Shown here piece after piece: positions 1-12,098 of a stretch of DNA of 64,000 nucleotides. The notes beneath the pieces were generated by a model. It was not told the DNA's origin, searched no databases, and saw only the letters and a list, made by a program, of their open reading frames with translations. The position numbers were made by a program, and so were the translations under genes. The stretch is taken from positions 37,760,001 through 37,824,000 of the forward strand of contig NW_024704743.1 in assembly GCF_018977255.1 (NCBI RefSeq). The letters are read 5' to 3'. Position 1 is the first letter of the stretch. The number at the start of each line of letters is the position of its first letter. The stretch is from Callorhinchus milii. Its lineage: Eukaryota.

Positions 1-229
1 CCAGATGAAGACAATGACCCTTTATTTACTTTCACTTTTACCTTGTAATTCTATAGTGCCAAGACCTTAACATATGGTATGATAGAGAGATAGAGATGAT
101 AATTTCAGCTCTACAGAGCCACAATGTAAAAGTTGCAGTAAATACAGGGTCATTGCCTTTATCTCGTGTGGAGTAGGAGGGGCAGTCTACTAATCTGGTG
201 TCATTTTCAATTTCATGCCCCGACCATTC

Positions 230-866
230 TGCTTTAATCCATCTCTTCAGTATTGCCTGGCTCCACCACTACATCACCCTCAAAACCCTCATCCACTTTC
301 TTGTCACCTCTAGACTTGTTTCTTCCAGTGTGCTACTAGCCAACATACCCAGCTTTACTCTCTACAAACTCCAGGTCACTAGAACTCTGCATATTGCTGT
401 CCCTCCCAACTCCACCTCACTAAGATCCTTAAATCCAGCACCCTCATCCAGCCTGGCTCCACTGACACCAGGGACCCCCAGCAGATCAACTTTAAGATCC
501 TCTTTCTTACCTTCAAATACCTCCATTGGTTTTGCCCTACCCTATCTTTACTGTCTCCTGTAATTCTCCTCTCCCGCTTACTCCCTCTCCTCCATCAACT
601 CTTAGCTGTTTCGTGTCCTCTACCTGCTCCACCTCACCAGTGGGTGAGCTTTCAGTCACTTTGTCCCAGCTGTCTGGAGTTCTCTTACAGAATTTTGCTG
701 TCTCACTCTTACATATTCCTTTTCTGCTTTTAAAATTAATCTACAATCTGTCTCCTTGACTGCTCCTTTGGCCCCTATTTCCCTCAGTTTTACCCCAACT
801 ACATGTCTGCAAAAACATTCTCCTTTGTGAAAGGCACTATATAAGCGCCAATTCTTGTTGTTCTTG
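230..866 (+). mobile_element. Old degenerate L2 LINE 3' fragment
   Basis: Degenerate L2 ORF2 C-terminal sequence (LKTLIHFLVTSRL-like). Ends in GTGAAAGGCACTATATAAG..TTGTTGTT, an L2-type tail. Boundaries approximate. Confidence 0.6.
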
Positions 867-2019
867 ATTTCCATTCTAATAATCTTGTTATTGATTTCCA
901 TTCCATTACATTTGTGATGACGTTTCAATGAAATAAGGCACTATGAAAAAAAGTCTTTCTATAGAATGAATGGTGGATCCCCTTATACTTATTTTCTATT
1001 CATTTGATTTACAAATGAGAGACAGCGTCGACTAACTAAGCCAGTGGCTGCTTATTCAATATCCTTGTACAAAGAAGTAGTATATTTTTACAAAAGCCAA
1101 CATCAGTTCACAAAAGAACTCATTCTGTATTGACATTTATTTGTTATGACTATTGACTTTGGGATCTCTCTTACTCTTCTCATGTGACATCCACTTACAT
1201 TGGCCGTACTCTTATCCACATGTTGTCTTTTGTATATTACTCAGATGGATACTATGTGTCCACTCGCAAATAACTTATCCTCATATTTGTGCATCACTTC
1301 TTTAAATGAATTATATCTTACACTAAATACAGGATGATTCGGTTTGTGTGGCAATGGCTAGCTTTTTGTGAATAAGATGCGCAACAGCAGCCCAAGGTCT
1401 AAAAGGCCATGAGTGTCAGTATAAACCACCCAGTTATAGCCAGGAGCAACTTAACAATAGGGACTTAGTGTGGAGCAGTTTCATACCATTTTTAAAATCT
1501 ACACCGCTTGACTAAGGACACAGAACTGACAATAGATATCAAGCAGTTCATGTCACTTCACCTAGTCTTGAAACAAAAGCAGCAAGGAGGAAAACATAGG
1601 ATAGCGAAGAATCAAGAAAAAACAGTAAATATATACTGCAGTAACTGAGGACTAGGACCACAACAGGAGAATTCTCTGCCATGTTTAAATGTAAGGCAGA
1701 GATGGCTTAGAGGTACGAGCAATGTTCAACTAGAAGAAGTTTTGCCTTACCTTTTTAGAGAGGATAACAATCAATCTCTCACCTTCTCTTTCTTTCATTT
1801 CTATTGTTGTATCAGTCATTGGCAGACAGTGTGCCAACAAAATCCGCGACTGTTTTTGGGGCACTGCTGTACAAAATTTGCTGCTGCATTTTCCCACAAA
1901 AATATACAATATATTCAGTGAAATGAGTTGAGACATCTCAACAATGTGATAAGGCGCTATATCAAATGCAAGGATTATTATTTTTAAAAACAGCCAAAGG
2001 CTTCACATGCCAAACCAAC

Positions 2020-2174
2020 TCTAAATTTTCGACCTTTCTTTTCGACCGCGCCTTTGGTCACCTTCCTCCCCCTCCCCCTGGCTCGGCCCCGGGATCCGTT
2101 ACTGTGAAACACTCTGAGACACCGTCTGGCTTGGAGGGTGCTATATAAATCCAAGTTATTGTTGTTGTCGTTGT
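2020..2174 (+). mobile_element. L2 LINE 3' end (short, 5'-truncated)
   Basis: Near-identical to the reverse complement of the L2 3' end at 24502-24640; ends in a (TTG)n tail. Confidence 0.8.
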
Positions 2175-3185
2175 AAATTAAATGAAAATGCACTCAAATT
2201 TATGGTTACCTCATTAACTTTATACCTTGGAATATTAAACTAAAACTCAGTCTAAATATGTAATTTGTATCTGAAATGACCCATTAGATCTCATCCTTCC
2301 AGAACGCCCATTCTCCTGACCTCCCATCACTGCATTAAGCTTTTTTTTTTAATTGGTTCCAGTATTCTGACCTCAACCACTCTTCCAGGTAAATTGTTGC
2401 AGTCAAATAAATTCAGACTTCATTGACAAGCCATGATTAAGATGTGTAGGAAAATGGCTTCCAAATTTAGGCTGAATTTAAGGCTTTTCCAAACATTTAC
2501 ATATTGGTAACGTTTAAGACAATTGTCTTGAGGATTTGGGGGCTCAGGTTATCTGTTATCACCCTCAATCATTAGGCAACCTCAAAATGGTGGCAAACAC
2601 AATTCTGTTGCAATATTTTCTTTAATTTTCCTTTCCACTTTTTTTCCTGTGCTCTCTTCAAGTCTGGCTCATTCTAGGATTAGTTCCAAGGACTCAGGTC
2701 ACCCTTTGTTACCTTGTTCAATTTGTCATTATTTTATACGTTTCTGCCAGGATCAATAATGTCTTCATTGAAATCCACACACATACATTGTTCTTTCTGG
2801 TTGAACTGGAATAACTTAACCTGCTGTAAGCAACAACAAATTACATTTGTGTAGCGCCTTTCGCATCCCAATCATAAGCATTAATCTTTGTCTCCCTTTC
2901 TTCGGTGGAAAATAGACATTCTTGCGTAAACAAATTTCCTCCTCACAGAACAAGATCCAAAATGGTTTGGAGTTTGAAAGGCCATCTACTTAATAGATGG
3001 TGCACACCTCAGATGGAAAAGGGAAAGGAAAGAGAAGGAAGATCCTCAGAGGTTATTTTTCTAGGCAGAAAGCCATTCATATCTCTTCTGATAAGACTGT
3101 TTTGAGGCATTAGAAATGTTTGACAACAACTTACTCATCGACTCCATACTCTCCTATCACATTATCGGTACTCATTGGAAGTGTG

Positions 3186-3575
3186 AAACCTTCAACGCCA
3201 TCCACGGCCTTGCTCCTCCCTACCTCTGTGACCTCCTAAACCTACCACCCTATCTGCTCCCTCCGCTCAGCGGACTCCAGCTTGCTTCACGTGTCCCGCC
3301 TTGCCCACCCCACCATTGGCGGATGGGCCTTCAGCCTCTCTGCCCCCACCCTCTAGATCTCCATCTTACAGTCCCTCCACATCGCTCCCTTGGTTCTTTC
3401 AAGAACCATCTCAAGATCCTCCTCTTCAATCATGTCTTCAGTCACCCTCCTACCCCTGCCCTCCACCCCTCCTGATCCCAACCACCAGCTCGGATGCGGA
3501 TCCCTGACTGTCTAGTGCCTTGGGTTGTCCTGCTGAAGAGAAAGGCGCCATACAAATGTAATTTGTTGTTATTGT
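3186..3575 (+). mobile_element. L2 LINE 3' fragment
   Basis: Encodes TFNAIHGLAPPYLCDLL, an L2 ORF2 C-terminal motif; L2 tail with TTGTTG. Confidence 0.8.
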
Positions 3576-4256
3576 GAATGAATATTGTTAGAAATTGAAA
3601 CTATAACCTGTAAGTGGAGTGGGCAAGGGCTATCACAACAGTGAATTGTAGGCAGGTTATCTAATAATCAATCTCTCTCTTCACTCTCACACTCTTACAC
3701 ACTCTCACTCTCTCACTCACTCTATATTTCTCATTAAACCTATTATGTGAGTCAGTTAGACAGGCAACTCTGCAAGCGAGCCAGTGTGGCACTAACTGAG
3801 ATGGCTGTCAGTCATGAATGTAAGCCACGATGACATTGTATCAGAGATTTCTTAATCCACCTCAAAGGTGTTTTTTCTTTCCGAAAACCCAAGTTTCTAT
3901 AAATGAATGGAAGAAACTAAGTGCAAGATTTCAGGCAGATATCAACATCGAAACCAGGTTAGCTCATTTTATTTTGACGCATTGTACACCTCCCATATCC
4001 CAACTACAAATCCTGAAACTACAAATCTAGATCCGAGATTACAGACCAGACTTATCTATACTGAGTTTGTTCTGGATGGATTTGGATGCTTGGTCATCCC
4101 TAGTGGCCTGGCCCATTGTCCCCAAAGGGCTTTATCTCAAGGGGTCTGGTACAATCTAATACATGCTGGAATTAGCAAACATCAGGAATGGATTACTGTC
4201 GCTGGCTCTGTACTGTATAATGACTTGTTAATAGTTCTGATGACTTTTGTGTTCCA

Positions 4257-4565
4257 TGGAGTCCTGTAACACAGTGGTTAGAGCACTCGCCTTGCAAGCG
4301 AGACACCTGGGTTCAATTCCAGGCAGGGCGAAACCTTGGGCAAGTTTCCTTACTTCACACACCCAATAATAATCCCTCCAAAACAAAAACAATAATAAAT
4401 TGGTCATTTTCAATCTACGACTGTTTGTGGGACACTGCTGTGCGCAATTGACTGCCGCGTTTCGCACACAAAATATACAGTCAATTCACTTTACAGCATA
4501 TTCTGTGAAGCACTTTGAGACATCGAGAAGACGTGAAAAGCTCTATATCAAATGCAAGGATTATT
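4257..4565 (+). mobile_element. tRNA(Ala-like)-headed Deu-domain SINE with L2-type tail
   Basis: Head TGGAGTCCTGTA..CAGTGGTTAGAGCACTCGCCTTGCAAGCGAG..GGTTCAATTCC (A/B boxes, TGC anticodon loop). Deu core TTTGTGGGACACTGCTGTGCGCAATTG. Tail ATATCAAATGCAAGGATTATT. Confidence 0.9.
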
Positions 4566-5289
4566 CAGAGTCTAACTGAAAATAAATGTTACCCTCTCTC
4601 ACTCTCACTGTCACTCTCTCATCCTCCACCAAATGTTACTGCCACCAATTGCTATATTTGGCAAAGTCTTTCTGTAATTCTTCATAACTTAATATCTACT
4701 CATTGCTATTGCTCATAAACAGACAGAGTCTTCTATGATCTACAACTACATCCTGTCTCAAGTGACGCAGCCCACCTTATGAGTAAAGGCTTCACGCAGT
4801 CTAACAATATGACCTTTAACGATTAATGTTAATGATTAATGTTAGCGTTGGCCTTCAACAGCTCAATTTCTTTCAGTAAGCAGTATTACTTCAGCCACAT
4901 AGGCAATAGTCAAATGAATCAGAACTAGATTTATCTAATAGAGAAAAGCAGAAATGATTTTAAAAAAAGAGTTGTTTTTAACCAGATCCCCAGGGGGATC
5001 TCAATTGCCTGGAGGATTGTTCAAGATGAACCACTTTGTAAAGAATTTACTGTAATCTACAACTACTTAACCCCCCCACTCTTAAGTAACTGATCTTGTA
5101 ATTTTGTGGAGATATTGATTGATTGTACAATTAGAGAGAGTTGTGGACAGTCGTAAAGAAAGTAATCTGACAGGAAAATGTTATCGAGCACATCCTTTCT
5201 GTATAAATATTGTGTGTATGAAAGAGAAATGGGTAGTAAGGAAATAACAATAGGTGAAATTTGATAACAACAATAATAATAAGACATAG

Positions 5290-5695
5290 TAATTCTTAAA
5301 TTTGATATAGGACCTTTCACATCAGGTGGAAATCCTTCAGAGTAAAACTGTAAAGTGTATTAACTGTATATTTCTAGGCTAATGCGGCAGCCCAATTGCA
5401 CATAGAAAGGTCTCACAAACAACCATGAAGTGAGTGACCAATTTTATTTGGGGGATTGCTGTCCTGGACATCAGAATAAACTCCCTTTTCTTTTCAAATA
5501 GTGCCAGCTTTATGTCTACCTGAACAAGCAGACAAGCTTCAGTTTAATGTCTCATTCAAAGGACGGCCCCTCTGATAATGCAATACACCCCCAGCTGCAC
5601 TGGAGTGTCAACATAGACCAAATGAGTTCCAAGTCCTGATGTAGGGCTTGAACCCATAATGTTCAGACTCAGAGGCAGAAGTGCTACCAGAATGA
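5290..5695 (-). mobile_element. Older Deu-domain SINE (SacSINE1/AmnSINE-like)
   Basis: Reverse complement of a tRNA-like head, the GACACTCCAGTGCAG body and the Deu core; degenerate. Confidence 0.65.
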
Positions 5696-5736
5696 CTACA
5701 ACATAGAAAATGTAGGATTTTGTGCATTAACCACTT

Positions 5737-6033
5737 TGGAGTCCTATAGCTCAGTGGTTAGAGAATTCATGTCGCAAGGGTTCAATTCCCAGCAGGGCAA
5801 AACCTTGAGCAAGTTTCCTTACTCCACACGCCTGATAATCCCTCAAGAAAAAAAACAATAATAAATTGGTCACTTCAATCCACAACTGTTTGTGAGACAC
5901 CTCCATGCGCAATTGGCTGCCGCGTTTCACCCACAAATATACAATTAATTCACTTTACATATATTCTGTGAAGCGCTTTGAGACATCTAGAAGATGTGAA
6001 AAGCGCTTTAGCAAATGCAAGGATTATTATTAT
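5737..6033 (+). mobile_element. tRNA-headed Deu SINE
   Basis: Same family as 4257-4565, with a (TTA)n tail. Confidence 0.9.
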
Positions 6034-7769
6034 GAAAACCAAACACAGATATATTGAAAAGAAATTGGTCTTTAAAAGTGACAAAATAATAAGATGATAT
6101 AACTTCTTTAGTTCATAAAACAGGTTAATTTATGCTTCCAATGTTTAAGGAAAAATAAGAGCATATACATTATTACAATGTAATTTACATAATTAAATGC
6201 AGCATTTTATCAATAAGATCAATTATTTGTTGTGTCAATAAATAAATCATACCTGTAGCTGAGGACACTTATGTCTGAACCATTCAAATTGTATCAATGT
6301 CACTTTCTGTCTAATTTTGTCTCAAGCATTGCTTGCCCCTAAGATTTAAGGAATTTAAAAATATTAAGGGACTTTGGGTAAAAGATGGATAATGGGATTA
6401 TTTTAAATTCCATTGTCCAGCACCAGATAGATACAGATAGACCTGGCACACACACAATTGGCCAAATAATCCCCTAGGGTGCAGAATGTTTCTATTTCTA
6501 GACTAAATTAAACATCAAAACATGCTCGAACACATCTAAAAGCAACTTGATATTAGGTACCAGACCAGTACTGTTAAACATCTTGGGACCTCCTACTGAC
6601 ATAAAATAAACTTATATGGTAATCTATGTTCCAAATCCCCCCACACCCCCATCCCCTCCTTCTCTTCTTCCCCCTCTAGTTGTAGGCTACCTTATCAACA
6701 TAAATTCAATTGATGTGCTAAAATAATCAATCAATTGGATATGGTTAAAAGAAATCAAGCTATTTTGTATTAATCTCTGCCAGTACACAAAACTCTCTTT
6801 TCCTCTTCTTCTGAAGAACAGTAGACAAACAGAATTAAATTGGAGGGGAAAGCAAAGGTTTCTTTTAATCCCAGTGAATTGGGATCCTAATTATTTTGCA
6901 TTCGACTTCTAACTAAAAGCTAAAGGGCTCTGCTTGCCAGCGAGGAGAGAAAGCTTTGTATGCGTTTGATACCAGTGTGGGATAATTGGTATGATCTCAG
7001 AAAAACGAACGGCTAGTGTTCTTAATGTGGTGCATTGAAGTATCAGCAGTGTTACTAAACACCATCATTGAGCTGAGGACACAGAAGTGTAATTAAAGAA
7101 ACAAGGAATAAAGGAGAAAGCAGCTCTCCTTAAGCACTTGCCTGTGTTATTACTTGACAGTACAGAGTATAATTATAATCCATATACTGCCTGGTGAATT
7201 CCTTGCTAATCTGCTGCAGAACACAATGTGATTATAGCCTTTGGTCCACCACGTGTCCAAGTTATCTTGTAGTTGCGATGTTACAGGAGGTGATTATACC
7301 CCTCTGATGCCATCACTTGGCACATTTTATAACCACTGTCAGTGCGCTTAAAACAGCTGATGAATTCAGTCTCTCACATTTCCAGAGCGATGAGCAGAAA
7401 TGTTTACCTTTAATCCTTTATTTTCTATAAGATCTTTATTTTCCACTCCTTTCCACTTTGGAGTCTTTCCACACCAGTCAGTGGTCTGACAGAACAGGCT
7501 GAAGACCTGAACTCATGGCTCTTCCAGTTGTTCCTGTAACCAGTCTGTGTGAGGCACTGCAGAGCAACATTGGATGGTCCTCCAGAGATGCAGACCATCT
7601 CTGCTCGTTGCCTTCTCACAGCTGAACATAAAGGATCATAGTGTGGGGTTTGGAAACATAACTCCAAATCTTACTGCATTGTGAAGTAGACGACACAGGA
7701 GAATATAGAGCACAGCCCCATCTCCACTAAGATGCCATCTAAACACGTAGTGTCTTCAGCATCATAGAA

Positions 7770-8165
7770 TGAGCCTGGCTCAATTGATAATATTCTCAAG
7801 CTGGGTTCAAGATTCACATCAGGACTTTGACTTTATTGCCGAGGTTGACACTCCAGTGTAATGTTGGTAGAGCACTGCAGTTTTGGAGGTACGGTCCTTC
7901 AGATGAGATATTAAACCTAGATCCACGTTGCCTGTTTGATGGACCTTAAAGATTCCATGGTACCTATGTGAAAAGTGAAGAGAGTTTGTCCCATCAACAA
8001 TCCCCAAATAAAATTGTGCATTCACCTCATGGCTGTTTATTCAAGTGTTGTGTACAAATTGGTTGTTGCATTCTCCTACAATACACAATCACTATGCTTT
8101 GTAGCAAATCCTTTGAATGTTTTGATGAAGTGATAAGGTACTATACCAAATGCAGATATTATTAT
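7770..8165 (+). mobile_element. Older Deu-domain SINE
   Basis: GCCTGGCTCAATTG head, TTGACACTCCAGTG body, degenerate Deu core and tail. Confidence 0.6.
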
Positions 8166-8459
8166 GTATAAAGTGCACAGAAAAAAAATATTTGTCTATA
8201 TAAATTGAGAGCTATTCACTACTGAGTATGGGCGTTAAAGACATTAATTCAATCAGAATTCTGTCTCTGTTCCAACAATCTCAAGCTTCCCCCCTGTCGT
8301 TTACAGTGTTGTACACAATTGCTCAGTTAAAATAAATATAACTTGTACCTCCCTCCTGAGCTGCTTTCAGGCCATTCATAAACCACATTAGCAGAGATTG
8401 TCATGCTTTCTAGCACCTGTTTTACCAAACAAGAATACAAGCATCTCCCTACCTTACCT

Positions 8460-8758
8460 TACCTTAGGTAAGTTTCCTGACCCCACACGCCTCTGTTTAC
8501 CTCGCAGTAAGTAGGGACCTGGTTGTTAGTCGATTGGCGGATCAGTTTCACAGGGTAATAATCCTCCAAACATAAATAAATAAATAATTTGGTCACTCAA
8601 TCCACGACTGTTCGTGGGACACTGTTGTGCACAAGTGGCTGCTGCGTTTCTCCCACAAAATATACAGTCAATTCACTTTACAGTATATTCTGTGAAGCGC
8701 TTTGAGATGTCTCAACGATGTGATAAGGAGCTATATCAAATGCAAAGATTATTATAAT
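8460..8758 (+). mobile_element. Deu SINE, long subfamily, head truncated
   Basis: Carries the extra CTCTGTTTACCT..GTAAGTAGGGACCTGGTTGTTAGTCGATTGGCGGAT segment also seen at 16260 and 32850; Deu core and tail present. Confidence 0.8.
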
Positions 8759-9260
8759 AAACTATAATAAATGTATATATTATAAAGATTATTATAATAA
8801 ACTCTTAATTTCCTGTTTATTCACACTCATTTCTCTCCTCCAATTTTTTTCTTCTGCTGAATGCATACGACTTCTGAGGTACAGTTGCAGAAATATTGAC
8901 ACCTCCTGAAACCTCTTCCAAGTTGCCAATATAAATCCAGGAGTCTTGACATTAAACGGTGGTCAATCTAGCAATCAGGGCCCGAAGTTTCAACCTGTTC
9001 TAGGCTTAAGACCATTGTCTTAAAATGTAAGATCATGCAGAAGTTTGGAAAAATTTTCAAATTAATCTCAATTCAGAAGTCTATTTTCTACGCTTCTTTT
9101 TTAAAAAAACTTTTTTTGTTGGATGTGCAGGGCCAAATGGTCATTTGATTGACACTGTATGTTATATTTTCCATATATTTTCTTCACTGAATAAAACTCT
9201 AAATTTCACAACTATAATGTTATGTATTGCTACCTGTATATTGCAGTATTGCTCACGTGG

Positions 9261-9583
9261 TGGAGTTCTGTAGCTCAGTGGTTAGAGCACTCGCCTTGCA
9301 AGCGAAATACCTGGGTTCAATTCCAGGCAGGGCGAAACCTTGGGCAAGTTTCCTTACTCCACACGCCTAATAATAATCCCTCCAAAAAACAAAACAATAA
9401 CAAATTGGTCATTTTCAATCCACGACTGTTTGTGGGACACTGCTGTGCGCAATTGGCTGCTGCGTTTCACCCACAAATATACAGTCAATTCACTTTACAG
9501 CATATTCTGTGAAGCCCTTTGAGACATCTATAAGATGCGAAAAAGCGCTATATAAAATGCAAGGATTATTATTATTATTATTA
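9261..9583 (+). mobile_element. tRNA-headed Deu SINE (full length)
   Basis: Intact head, Deu core, L2-type tail and (TTA)n. Confidence 0.92.
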
Positions 9584-11736
9584 TCACCACCACCACATCT
9601 GAGTTCCTCTGTCCGGTATCAGCCTGTCATCTATGATATTTCTGAACTTCATTCCTAAACAAGAGGGGAAAAATACTGTCAGAAAAACAGCAGCCAGGAA
9701 GCAACCAGTTTTAGTAAGTAATTACGTATTGACGTTACTGACACATTATATTTCACTGTTTTGTTGCAACATTACAGGAAATCAGTCATAAATTTGTTAC
9801 AGAGAACTTAGATTGATGAGCAAAGGTAGATGCACAGGTTGTGTTGTGTCGGTGTTATTTTCAGGCAATGTGAGGTCATAAACAAATTTGTAAAACAGTA
9901 AAATATTTTTATGTACTGGCTACACACTTTCCCAGGAATCAGCTAGATATTGTTTCCCAATAAACCTGCAGTAAAATTGTCACTATCACAAATCTTACAG
10001 TGCAAATGTTAGCCAGTGTCAAACACGCACAAGTTCAAGATATGATGACTATTTTTAGTGACAACATTTCTAACTGTACCTGACATGAGATCTGCTTTTA
10101 CTGACTTGAACAATACTATGTCTCCAGGTGTTTACAACGGTTTCATGCATAGAGTTGATTAGGATAGATACACTGCATGGGAACTGAAGTAGAAAAAAAA
10201 ATCTCATTGCAGAAGAAACATACAGAGCAATCACACACTCTGCTGAAGAAGCCCTCTGGTCCCTTTTTCAATATTCCTCCTACCACCTTCCTATTCAGCA
10301 TAAAGCTGTTTTGTAAATGAATCTGGCATCCTGCCTCTAGCACCCCTCCTGGTAACTCATTCCAGTTGTTAATTACCCTCTATGTAAAATTTTCTTCCTG
10401 GTGTCCAACCTAAAATTGCCGTTCACAAACCTAATCCTAGGCCCTCCTGCCCTGCTGGAATGGTGTACCTGAACGCATTGTTCTGGGGTTATTTACTCGA
10501 TCCCATTCAGAGTCATATGTGTCTCAATAATATTTCATCTTGGGGTCATCTTCACAGATATCTTCTCACTGCCTCGAGTGCCAAGGCTGCCGTCTTTGTT
10601 GAAGTGATCAGAATGGCACGTAGCGTTTCCCAAATAATCTTGGGTATTAATTAATGGGGTAATAGATATATATGAGTGTGCAAGGATTAAAACATTCTCA
10701 CATCTACACATGAGTACAGTTAAGAAAAAGTTATATAATATATAACCAAAAAAGAAAAAATTCTAACTCTCTCACCTTGAAATGGCAAGTCATAAATTAT
10801 TGCCAAGGCTGAACTGTGTGTTCAGCCACTGAGATTGGAAGAAACAATTTTCTCAAACTGTTACACAAAAATACCATAGATGTTGGAGAGGCCTGGATTA
10901 GGGTTGATCACATTATATTACTGTTGTCAAACCCTGTTAATGAAAAACAAGTTAAAAGTGAATAGGAATGATTTATTTTTTGGGCAAAGTCATCCATTAC
11001 TTAAACTCCTAAACTCCACTTTCTTAAACTCTCCAATTAAACTCCAAGATATTTTCAGCTGGCGTTCGATCAATTTATTTCACTTTTCTTAACTTTCTTG
11101 AAGTAACAATGAAGAATTGCCATTTAAGGCTTGAATAATGATAATATCTGCCTTCAAATGGTTAGAAGAATATTGTTCACCTAACAACAAAAAGCCCTCA
11201 AGATATAATCTTTGGACATATAAGGAATTTATCTTCAGTAACTAACTGGCAGTATCCTTGGTTTGTTTCTCTAGACAGTGAGTGGCAGTTAGGTCACCAA
11301 CTTCACTTCAGAGAAGTGGCACATGATAAGACATCAGCACAGTCTACACCAGCAGCAGTACTGATGACTAACCTGGTAGATGTGTACATGCTCACTGTCC
11401 AAGCTAATAGTAAAACATGGAACCAGGACTTAGTCATTTGGTACATCTTGCCTGGTCCGCTATTTTCTTGATCATGATTGATCTGTAACACAATGCCATT
11501 TACCTGCCTTTTTCTATACCCTCTGATTTCCTTACTAAGTATTGATCATTTGCAGTGATTCTATCAGGAAAAGTACTTTGAGGAAGTGAGTTCCACAAAC
11601 CCACAACTCTGAGTACAGAAATATTAGCTGATTTCACTACTGTGTCCAGCTCTAATTTTTAGATTCTGACCTCTTGTTCTGGATTCTGTAACCATGGAGG
11701 AAGTCTTTCCTTATCCACTCAGCCAATTCCCTTTTC

Positions 11737-12098
11737 TATGACAATGACAACAACAACTTGTGTTTACATAATGGCTTGCATTCAGGGTAGCATCTCGGAG
11801 CGCTTAACAGTGGTGGGGTCTCGTGTCGAGTTTGGGGGAGGGGGAAGGTGACCTTAGACACAGTCGAAGAGGGATTGAGGGAGAGAGTTTCAAAGTTTCG
11901 GGGTGTAGTGGTTGAAAACACGGCCGCCGATGGTGGAGGGGAGGAGGCAAGGGACAAGCAAAAGGCCAGAGCCAGCCAAGCAGAGGTAGGAGGTAGTGGA
12001 GTGGAGAGTAAGCAGGTCTGAAAGATAGGGAGGTGCCAAGCATGAAGGGATTTGTAGATGAGTGTGAGGATCTTGGTTGATCCATACTGTGATGGGGC
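11737..12098 (-). mobile_element. L2 LINE 3' fragment
   Basis: Minus-strand KILTLIYKSLH motif; (CAA)n tail at the left end. Confidence 0.75.

Noticed and set aside
7425..7667. 80-aa minus-strand ORF in unique sequence
   Set aside because: No recognisable homology, no ATG start and no convincing splice sites.
9261..9335. tRNA-Ala(TGC)-like sequences (also at 4257, 16260, 19039, 27080, 33070, 38620)
   Set aside because: Each continues directly into a SINE body, Deu core and tail. They are SINE heads, not tRNA genes.
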